Position numbers and translations under genes: made by a program. From assembly GCA_049599475.1 (NCBI GenBank), contig JBMYOQ010000004.1, positions 1 through 64,000 on the forward strand: a DNA stretch of 64,000 bases, given 5' to 3'. Below the pieces are notes generated by a model, which was not told the DNA's origin, made no database searches, and was given only the letters and a program-made list of their open reading frames with translations. Source of the DNA: Opitutales bacterium. Lineage in GTDB: Bacteria; Verrucomicrobiota; Verrucomicrobiia; Opitutales; JABSRG01. This document shows, piece after piece, positions 1 through 8,050 of the stretch (position 1 is its first letter; each line of letters begins with the position of its first letter).

Positions 1-360
1 ACCTTTCGTTTACGAAGGTACTTTCGAGATTAAGACATATGCCTTCAATACCAGCTCTATTTGAAGGGTGCTGAAAAATCTATCATTACGGAAATCTATA
101 CTAAATTAGCTAGAGGGGGCCCACCTGTTCTGCGCGTTTATGGGAGCGTGTGCGCAATTGCGCTTTTGTTTTTTACGTTTCTTTAAAACATGGTTTGTAC
201 CCTACAACACAGTGTGTTTTCGCTGTTAGAATCCCCATTATCACCGTCACCCCGAACCGTTCCATGTATTTAATATCTTACCACAGATTTCCTCGGCAGG
301 CGCCTATGTCGAGAGCGCCGCGTATGAACACCAGAGATCATCTTAAAAGGGTTCTGAATC

Positions 361-1413
361 GTGGATAAGGTAAAGGTTGGCGTAGTCGGGCTGAATTTTG
401 GTAAAAAGATAATCGATTTCCAGCTCTTGGATGGTCCGGGTTCTCCCTATTTTGAACTCGCAGCTGTGTGTGATATGGATCGCGAGAAGTGTGATCAGCT
501 TGCGGAATCGTATGGAGTCAAATCATACACTCTAGACGCGCTATTGGCGGATCCTGATATCCCGGTGGTCGTTCTGATTTCCGGACCGTATAAGCGCGCT
601 GAATTGCTTCGAAAGGTCATACGTGCGGGCAAAGACTGCATGACGACTAAGCCTTTCGAGCTCGATTCAGCGGAAGCAGCGAGGGTATTGGCGGAGGCAC
701 GGGAACTGGGGCGGTTTATTCACTTGAATTCACCCTGCGCGACGGATTCCGAGGACCTTAAAATTATCAATGCTTGGCGTGAGAAATACGACCTCGGCAT
801 GGCTGTCGGGGCGCACCACGAGTGTTGGTATAAGACAGTCGAAGAGGCGGACGGCAGCTGGTACGACAGTGAGGATGATTGCCCAGTCGCGCCCATTTTT
901 CGACTCGGAATCTACGGTATAAACGACATCCTTAGATTCCTGGGAAAACCGGATGAAATCCAGGTGATGAAAACGCGTTTGTTCACGAAGCGTCCTACGC
1001 CGGATTTTGCGCGTTTGAGCATCAAATTTAAGTCTGGCGCCATGGCGGACTCGTTGACGGGATGGGTCATGAGTCCTGAGCGTCAGTCTACCTCGCTCAC
1101 GCTGTATTTCGAGCATGGAACCATCTATCGTAACCCGACGATGTTGCCGTGTGATCCCGTCCGAGCGAACCTATTGGATGAAACTTACTTATGCCTCTCG
1201 GTGGGTAATGACAATGATGGCATGCCTGTCGAGAAAGTGAGATTGCCGAATACACAGCTGAGTCAGGCATATCAATGGGATGTTTTTTACGATGCTGTGG
1301 TGACGCGTAAGCGGCCTGAGAACGAAATCTCAGACGAAATGATAGTGGATTCCTTAAAAGTCATCGAAGCCCTTAAAGAAGCGGGGGATACCGGGCGTTT
1401 AGTAAAGGTGTAG
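361..1413 (+). CDS. Gfo/Idh/MocA family oxidoreductase
   Basis: N-terminal Rossmann start KVGVVGLNFG, AAVCD, LLADPDIPVV; the usual EKP motif reads TKP. Confidence 0.85.
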   Translation: MDKVKVGVVGLNFGKKIIDFQLLDGPGSPYFELAAVCDMDREKCDQLAESYGVKSYTLDALLADPDIPVVVLISGPYKRAELLRKVIRAGKDCMTTKPFELDSAEAARVLAEARELGRFIHLNSPCATDSEDLKIINAWREKYDLGMAVGAHHECWYKTVEEADGSWYDSEDDCPVAPIFRLGIYGINDILRFLGKPDEIQVMKTRLFTKRPTPDFARLSIKFKSGAMADSLTGWVMSPERQSTSLTLYFEHGTIYRNPTMLPCDPVRANLLDETYLCLSVGNDNDGMPVEKVRLPNTQLSQAYQWDVFYDAVVTRKRPENEISDEMIVDSLKVIEALKEAGDTGRLVKV

Positions 1414-1438
1414 AGGCACCTGTTTTCTTCAAAACAAT

Positions 1439-3766
1439 ATGGCTGTAACAATGCTTGATACCGTACGTAAGTATTTCATCATTTTCCTGGGTGTTTTCAT
1501 CCCCGCGGTCTCTAAAGCTGCGATTGAATTTTCGGTAATCGAAGAAAATCTAGAGCCGACGCCTCTGGTAGATCTCAATTTGCGGCTGCATACTCCGGGT
1601 GTTGCGACTGTCGTGGACGCTGAGAGTGTCATCGTGGTTGGAGGAATCGAGGGAGATACCCTGTCGCCGCGCGTCTATCGAGCGAGCGATACTGTGATTG
1701 AGGAGATGCCTGCTTTCCCAACCGGAATCGCCTTTGCGGGTGCAGAGATTCATGAGGGGCAGCTCTTTGTCGTGGGTGGGCGCATAGAGCGGAGTGGTTC
1801 CGATCTTTCGTCGAAGCTATATTCCTTACATCTCGATGATCCCCAAGGTGAGTGGGTCGAGCATGAGGCGCTTCCCGGGCTAGGGCGTGAATCTCCGACT
1901 GTAGTCTCCTTGAATGGAGAACTCCATGTGTTTGGAGGCCGTGGTAATGAGGGAGATTTATCGGAAGTGTGGGGCTATCGGACAAAGCCTTTGGATGGGA
2001 CGACTGAAATTGGCTGGAGACAGATGCGAGATATGCCTCGGGCGTCGAGTCGAGCTTCTGCGATACAGACTGGGCATGTGCATGCGGTCGTTCTCGGTGG
2101 AAATGAGGCAACAGACGAAGCGCTCATTTATCACACGGTTACCGATACGTGGGTGGTCGGTGGACACCTCCCGGTCCCAGTTGGCATTTGTCTCGTGGAA
2201 GAATTGGGAGATGACGTCTATCTGATTGATGCGGATGGTAAAGCCATCCTACTGCACCTTGACTACAGTCTCAATGTGCTGTCGTCCGTCGATTTTGGTG
2301 TCATTGTTCTCTATTTTGGCTTGATGGCTGCAATCGGTGTTTACTTCGCAAGGAAACAGAAATCGAGTGACGAATTTGCCCTCGGCGGGCGCAAGGTGAA
2401 ATGGTGGGCCGCGGGTATCAGTATGTTTGCGACCGCGGCGAGCTCGATAAGTTTTATGGCCTTGCCCGCTCAGGCATTCCGGACGAATTTAGTATGGTTT
2501 ACGCCGGTGCTTGCGCTCATTCCATGTTTTTTCCTGCAGGCCTATGTCTTGTTCCCACTGTTGCGGCGACTTCAACTGACATCGACCTATGAATACCTGG
2601 AGCAGCGCTTCCATCCACTTTTGAGATTGCTCGCAAGTTTTCAGTGTATCGCCTTCCAAGTATTTGGGCGTATGAGCGTTGTATTGCTACTCCCATCTTT
2701 AGCTATTTCGGCGGTTACCGGTATTGATGTCTCGTTGAGTGTATTGGTCATGGGAATACTAACGACTGCGTATACATCGGTCGGTGGGTTTGAGGCCGTT
2801 GTCTGGACAGATGTGATACAAGGGGTATTAATGTTCCTCGGGGCTTTGCTAATATCTTTCGTCGCGATAATGTCCCTCCAAGGCAGGTGGGGTGAGTTTG
2901 TCGAGGTCGGCAAGGATTTTAATAAATTCGATCTGGCCATCTTTAGTTTCGATTATGCTCAGCCTGTAATTTGGCTGCTCCTGCTGTCGGTGTTTTTTCA
3001 GCAGATCACGATCGTCTCTGATCAGACCACAGTGCAGCGTGTCTTTTCGACACCCTTGAAAGATGTGCGTAAAATTGCCGCTATGTCTATGGTTTGTGGG
3101 ATTGGTATTTCCATCTCTGTTTTCTTTGCGGGTGTCGCAATCTTCGCATACTTTCATGGGCATCCAGAGCAACTCATCCCGACAATGACGAACGATCAAA
3201 TTGTCCCATTGTTCATTGTCGAAAGACTCCCTGTTGGGGTGGCAGGACTTATTATTGCAGCCCTCTTTGCGGCCTCCATGTCTACCTTGTCCAGTTCGAT
3301 AAATTCGGTAGCCATTCTAGTCTCGGAAGACTTTTTCAGCAGGCTCAAGAAAAACGCCACGGACCGCCAACGCTTGCATTTGATGAAGGTCGTTACACTT
3401 ATCGTAGGTTCTCTTGGGACGGGAATCGCCTTCTACATGGCTCAACTTCAGATCGAGTCCTTGTTTCAGATTTTCTCCGAACTATTGGCTCTCTTGGGGG
3501 GCGGATTTGTTGGGATCTACATATTAGGTATGTTTACTCGGCGCACGCATGCGCTAGGTGCTGCGATTGGAGCGATTTCCAGCGTCATCTGCACAATTAT
3601 GCTTAAAAATTATACGGATGTTCACTGGGCGGCGTATACACCAGCGGCGACTTTTTGCTGTATGATCGTGGGATACCTAGCGAGTATTTTGATTCCTATG
3701 GCGGCCGTCAAAAACACGGCGGGTTTGACTGTATTTGATAGTAAAGATCCGGTTACTGAGAATTAA
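1439..3766 (+). CDS. Sodium:solute symporter (SSS) fused to an N-terminal Kelch-repeat (NanM-like) domain
   Basis: Signal-like N-terminus, Kelch repeats (VVGG, VFGG, VLGG, W at repeat ends); SSS motifs SMFATAASSISF, GGFEAVVWTDVIQ, GLIIAALFAASMSTLSSSINS; many TM segments. Confidence 0.9.
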   Translation: MAVTMLDTVRKYFIIFLGVFIPAVSKAAIEFSVIEENLEPTPLVDLNLRLHTPGVATVVDAESVIVVGGIEGDTLSPRVYRASDTVIEEMPAFPTGIAFAGAEIHEGQLFVVGGRIERSGSDLSSKLYSLHLDDPQGEWVEHEALPGLGRESPTVVSLNGELHVFGGRGNEGDLSEVWGYRTKPLDGTTEIGWRQMRDMPRASSRASAIQTGHVHAVVLGGNEATDEALIYHTVTDTWVVGGHLPVPVGICLVEELGDDVYLIDADGKAILLHLDYSLNVLSSVDFGVIVLYFGLMAAIGVYFARKQKSSDEFALGGRKVKWWAAGISMFATAASSISFMALPAQAFRTNLVWFTPVLALIPCFFLQAYVLFPLLRRLQLTSTYEYLEQRFHPLLRLLASFQCIAFQVFGRMSVVLLLPSLAISAVTGIDVSLSVLVMGILTTAYTSVGGFEAVVWTDVIQGVLMFLGALLISFVAIMSLQGRWGEFVEVGKDFNKFDLAIFSFDYAQPVIWLLLLSVFFQQITIVSDQTTVQRVFSTPLKDVRKIAAMSMVCGIGISISVFFAGVAIFAYFHGHPEQLIPTMTNDQIVPLFIVERLPVGVAGLIIAALFAASMSTLSSSINSVAILVSEDFFSRLKKNATDRQRLHLMKVVTLIVGSLGTGIAFYMAQLQIESLFQIFSELLALLGGGFVGIYILGMFTRRTHALGAAIGAISSVICTIMLKNYTDVHWAAYTPAATFCCMIVGYLASILIPMAAVKNTAGLTVFDSKDPVTEN

Positions 3767-3787
3767 TCCCAAAGCACGCGCCCCTCT

Positions 3788-4768
3788 ATGAAAGTAAAAA
3801 TTGGCCTCTATGGCACCATGGGTCATCAGATACATAATGACCTTAAAGACCACCCTCAAGCGGAGGTCGTGGGGCTGTGTGCCTTTGATCCAAAGGATAT
3901 CCCTGATCACCTGAAATCGGTGTCGATTTATCCCGACTTGGAAGCCATGTTGGCGGTCGATGAAATCCAGCTTATCTCGTTCTGTTCACCTCAAAAAGAT
4001 GAACAAGGTTTGCAGATCATTGCAGCGCTGAAGGCAGGAAAGCATGTTTATGCAGAGAAGCCTTCATGTATGTCGGAGGTCGTGCTCGATGAAATTATAG
4101 AAACTTCGCGGCTCACCGGAATGCGTTTTCATGAGATGAATGCGTGTCTGTTTGCGGAACCGTATCCAACAATCAGGAGAGTGGTTCAGGACGGGCGAAT
4201 TGGAGAGGTGATTCAAGTGTTTAGCCAAAAGTCATACCCATGGGTGGACTGGCGGCCAGCCGATGAGCGCATAGACGGGGGGCTGACATGTCAGGTTGGA
4301 ATTTACAGCCTGCGATTTGCTGAGCAGATCGCAGGGCTAAAAGTGAACTCCCTCGATATACGTGAAACTACGCTCGGGAATGATCACCTTTCTAGCCACT
4401 GTAGACGGGCAGTCTCCATGATGATGACTTTCGAGAATGGAGCCGTCGGAAGCGCCGTAGCGAATTATAGCTGTCCCGAGCCGCCGAGCTGGAATAAATG
4501 GGGGTACGATACGCTTCGAATTTTCGGAACGGAGGGATTTGTGGAGACGATTGACTCCGGTCGCATCAACACGATTGCGACTAGGGGTGAGGCACCTGAA
4601 TCCTTTCGCGTTCCCTCTAAGAGCCAGGATCCGCTAGACATCTTTATCCAAGAAATAATTACAGGAGAGGATGCATTCCCGTTATCTCTGGAAGAAGAGC
4701 TGAGTCCTCTTCGCTGGGTGCTTCGAGCTAAATTCGGTGCGACCGCGGCACCTGTTTGTGAAGCCTAA
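3788..4768 (+). CDS. Gfo/Idh/MocA family oxidoreductase
   Basis: ALKAGKHVYAEKP, GRIGEVIQV, GIY motif. Confidence 0.88.
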   Translation: MKVKIGLYGTMGHQIHNDLKDHPQAEVVGLCAFDPKDIPDHLKSVSIYPDLEAMLAVDEIQLISFCSPQKDEQGLQIIAALKAGKHVYAEKPSCMSEVVLDEIIETSRLTGMRFHEMNACLFAEPYPTIRRVVQDGRIGEVIQVFSQKSYPWVDWRPADERIDGGLTCQVGIYSLRFAEQIAGLKVNSLDIRETTLGNDHLSSHCRRAVSMMMTFENGAVGSAVANYSCPEPPSWNKWGYDTLRIFGTEGFVETIDSGRINTIATRGEAPESFRVPSKSQDPLDIFIQEIITGEDAFPLSLEEELSPLRWVLRAKFGATAAPVCEA

Positions 4769-4782
4769 TAAACCATACATTT

Positions 4783-6714
4783 ATGAAAGAAATCACTGTT
4801 TACTATACTTCTGATAAGGGAGAGTGGCTAGAAGCCGGTCGAGCGTTGCTGACCGAAGCATTCAGTTTCGAGAATGATGACCTTAAGATAAATATCACTT
4901 TTGAGAAAATTGAAGAGCATATTGCCTTCGACTTATCACTCACTTCTAAATTTCCGACACGCTGTAAGCTACAGGGTGCTTTAGATGGGGAAAATCCCTG
5001 GCATCTGATCCCCTGTTGTATCCACGGGGACAACAACCTACAGGACTCTAAACCTGGACAGTATCCAAACCTGACATACGCATACCCTGAAGAGGATTTT
5101 TCATCTCCGTATTGGGAGTTTCGCTCGGATCGAGCCTCGCATCCCGTGTCAGTGCTATTTACGGATGAAGGCAGCGCGGGTATTTCAATTGATAACTATT
5201 GCACAGACGCGGATGGAAACTTGATTCGAAATGGGCTGTTTTCCGAGTTGCCCAACCGCTTCGGGGTCACCCTTGGCTACGAGAATAACCCATACACCTT
5301 CATAAATAAAAAGAGTGTCTGGGCGGAGTGTCTATCCCCGTCGACTCGAGACGCTGTGAAGAGCACGACCGTAAAAGGTAGGATCTTTACGACTCCGGAA
5401 AAGGGCATATATGCCGCTGCTCCAATGATATCGTGCTTGTATGCTGCTCACGCAGAGCGCCCCTCTTTTAAGAAGTCGTATGCAGAAGCAGCACAGGGGG
5501 TTTTTGACCGTTTCATCCATAAAAACTGGTCGGATGAATTTAAGAATTACACCAACCAACTCGACGAGAAAGATGGAAAGGGGCTTCAGCCTTGGCGCGG
5601 GTTGTTAGAGATCGCTTGGACCGGCGGAACCATCCTGGGATATCCCTTCTTGATGGCGGAAGACGTATTAGATTTACCCGAAGGGTATTTCTCAGGGCGT
5701 GATAGCGGCTGGGATATTTTTGATCGTATTGCTGACTCGGTAAACCCTGAGAGTGGGTTGTTCTATGATCTTGCTGAGGCTTTGAATGGCAGCCGTTACA
5801 ATGGCTGGTGGTCGGGCATGAAGGTGACTCATGATTGCCATTGTTCCTACACGAATGGCCAAGCTTTGTATTACTTCTTCATAACAATCAATTATCTGCG
5901 GAAAGCCGGTAAGGACGTCCCAGAGAAGTGGTTCGATGCAGCTACAACGGTGGCTAATTCATTCTTGGAAATACAGCGCGAGGATGGTTGCTGCGGCTAC
6001 ACCTACTATACGGATCGCAAGGAAGTGAAGGACTGGTCTGGTTTCGCAGGGTGTTGGGTAGTCGCAGGGTTTGCTGCGGCATTTGCTGAGACTGGCGAAC
6101 AGAAGTATCTAGAAGCTGCGCGGAAAGGGATGGATTATTACCGCACATCTGTGATCGATTGTAATGCCTGTGGTACTCCTATGGATACTTGGAAATCACC
6201 TGAGGAGGAGGGCAACCTTGCCTACGTCAAGGCAGCGCGTTTGCTGCACGAAGCGACCAGTGACAGTGCGTATCTGGAGATGCTCGAGGAGGGGGCTCAC
6301 TACGAATATCTGTGGCGATATGGGTTCAAAGCTATACCCGAAGCCGATCCCCTTAAGGGGACAGATTGGAATTCATGCGGAGGGTCGATCACTTCGGTAT
6401 CGAACCCCCATATGCATCCGATGGCACTGATCATAACGGAAGACCTCTATTATTTGGCTCGTCATTCGGGCAATGATTATCACAGGGATCGCGCCGAAGA
6501 CTCTATTGCGTGGGCGATGCAGTGTCTGGAGCTTTATCCGGAAACAGTTCAATACGGCGAGTATGGTGTGCTCACTGAGCGCTTTTGTCCGTCGGACGGA
6601 TTGTTGATTGAAAAATTTCCGGATGGCCGTCCCTCATCGGTTTGGTTTAGCTACAATGGGTGGGCATCGGCAAATGTGCTTGAGGCCCTCTTATGTGTAC
6701 TAAATCGAAAATAG
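4783..6714 (+). CDS. Uncharacterised cytoplasmic protein, probable beta-sandwich + (alpha/alpha)6 six-hairpin glycosidase-like fold
   Basis: 643 aa with no signal peptide; helical-hairpin patterns (IQREDG, TGEQKYLEAARKGMDYY, SAYLEMLEEGAHY); co-directional with sugar genes. Confidence 0.55.
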   Translation: MKEITVYYTSDKGEWLEAGRALLTEAFSFENDDLKINITFEKIEEHIAFDLSLTSKFPTRCKLQGALDGENPWHLIPCCIHGDNNLQDSKPGQYPNLTYAYPEEDFSSPYWEFRSDRASHPVSVLFTDEGSAGISIDNYCTDADGNLIRNGLFSELPNRFGVTLGYENNPYTFINKKSVWAECLSPSTRDAVKSTTVKGRIFTTPEKGIYAAAPMISCLYAAHAERPSFKKSYAEAAQGVFDRFIHKNWSDEFKNYTNQLDEKDGKGLQPWRGLLEIAWTGGTILGYPFLMAEDVLDLPEGYFSGRDSGWDIFDRIADSVNPESGLFYDLAEALNGSRYNGWWSGMKVTHDCHCSYTNGQALYYFFITINYLRKAGKDVPEKWFDAATTVANSFLEIQREDGCCGYTYYTDRKEVKDWSGFAGCWVVAGFAAAFAETGEQKYLEAARKGMDYYRTSVIDCNACGTPMDTWKSPEEEGNLAYVKAARLLHEATSDSAYLEMLEEGAHYEYLWRYGFKAIPEADPLKGTDWNSCGGSITSVSNPHMHPMALIITEDLYYLARHSGNDYHRDRAEDSIAWAMQCLELYPETVQYGEYGVLTERFCPSDGLLIEKFPDGRPSSVWFSYNGWASANVLEALLCVLNRK

Positions 6715-6721
6715 GGAATTC

Positions 6722-7723
6722 ATGGTAGAGGATACAGTTCATTGGGGAATATTGGCGGCGGGCGGCATCGCCGAAAAATTTATTCGTAGCGCGCGGGCTC
6801 TCGGTGCTGGAAATGAAGTGATTGCAGTAGCTTCGAATACTCCTGGGAAAGCAGAGGCCTTTGCGCAAACCCACGAAATTGCACAGGCTTACGGATCATA
6901 TCAGGCACTCATAGAGAATCCTCAGGTAGATGCGGTGTATGTTGCCAATACGCATAACTTTCACCACGAGACGGTTATGCAAGCCTTAGAAGCGGGGAAG
7001 CATGTGCTCTGTGAAAAACCGCTCGCCGTGAACGCGACTCAAGTGAAAGAGATGATCGCAAAAGCAGCCGAGAAGCAACTGTTTCTTATGGAGGCGATGT
7101 GGACGCGCTTTTTGCTCCCGTGTAAAATGATCGGTGAGTGGCTCGGCGAGGGAAAAATTGGTGAGGTAAGACAGATTGAAGCGACATTTGGGATCAAAGG
7201 AAATTTCGCGAAGGACGGACGCATGCTCAATCCAGAGCTGGCCGGAGGGGCCTTGCTCGATATGGGGATTTATCCCATCTCTTTTGCGAGTTTCGTAATG
7301 GGCGGGGAGCAGCCTGAGACGATTCAGACTGAAGTGCAGTTTAGTGAGACAGGTGTGGATGCAGATGATGTCTTGATTTTCAAATACAAAAACGGTGTCA
7401 CAGCTTTACTGCGATGCGGTTTCGGCATGAAGTATAGCAATGTTGCTCGAGTCACAGGCACTGAGGGAAGCATCTCTATCCCTCACCATTTTATCGCTCA
7501 GACCGAGGTTAATTTGGAGACAGATTCTGGGATTGTTACTGAGACGGATGATGTTCCTGATTTGGAACGTTTCCAGTTTGAGATTGAGCACGCTGCAGAT
7601 TGTATTCGAAAAGGCATCATAGATTCACCCGTGATGCCTCTTGCGGAGACCTTGGCAATCGCTGAAACCATGGACCGCATTCGTGCGCAGTGGAATTTTG
7701 TGTATTCTTTTGAAAGGGGCTAA
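6722..7723 (+). CDS. Gfo/Idh/MocA oxidoreductase (dihydrodiol/xylose dehydrogenase-like)
   Basis: WGILAAGGIA, VDAVYVA, KHVLCEKP, FLMEAMWTRF, GGALLDMGIY. Confidence 0.92.
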   Translation: MVEDTVHWGILAAGGIAEKFIRSARALGAGNEVIAVASNTPGKAEAFAQTHEIAQAYGSYQALIENPQVDAVYVANTHNFHHETVMQALEAGKHVLCEKPLAVNATQVKEMIAKAAEKQLFLMEAMWTRFLLPCKMIGEWLGEGKIGEVRQIEATFGIKGNFAKDGRMLNPELAGGALLDMGIYPISFASFVMGGEQPETIQTEVQFSETGVDADDVLIFKYKNGVTALLRCGFGMKYSNVARVTGTEGSISIPHHFIAQTEVNLETDSGIVTETDDVPDLERFQFEIEHAADCIRKGIIDSPVMPLAETLAIAETMDRIRAQWNFVYSFERG

Positions 7724-7825
7724 AGGCTGTCGTCCCCTAAGGGCATTATACCCACTTTTCACTGATTTCGATAGTTTTAGATGCCTTACTCTGAGGCGCT
7801 TGGGAGGACATGACTGAAACGCTGG

Positions 7826-7850
7826 CACGGCAACAGAGTGCCGTGGCTAC
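7826..7850 (-). repeat. GTAG-type REP, family A (GTAGCCACGGCACTCTGTTGCCGTG)
   Basis: GTAG followed by hairpin CACGGCA/TGCCGTG; homologous copies at 33594 and 60263/60311. Confidence 0.7.
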
Positions 7851-7949
7851 AATTCGGTCTATCAAAATGGGTGCGAAGCGGAATTAGCCGCCATATATCC
7901 AAGGTTGAGTTCTATCGAGATTCCCAAAAGTAATTTCGCAAATAAATGG

Positions 7950-8032
7950 ATAGGGCAGTCTCTCCGAGGCTGCCGCGGAGTTTAAGTGAGATCCCTGGGC
8001 TTCAAGCGGTTGCCTCGGAGAGACGACTCTAC
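7950..8032. repeat. Inverted REP doublet, family B (RTAGrGyyGTCTCTCCGAGGCwrCCGC-like)
   Basis: 7950-7976 atagggcagtctctccgaggctgccgc; 8006-8032 reverse complement gtagagtcgtctctccgaggcaaccgc; lies between convergent genes. Confidence 0.7.
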
Positions 8033-8050
8033 TAAAACACGCTGGATTGA

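Noticed and set aside
150..368. 72-aa ORF upstream of the first oxidoreductase
   Set aside because: Overlaps the probable promoter region and has no protein-like features
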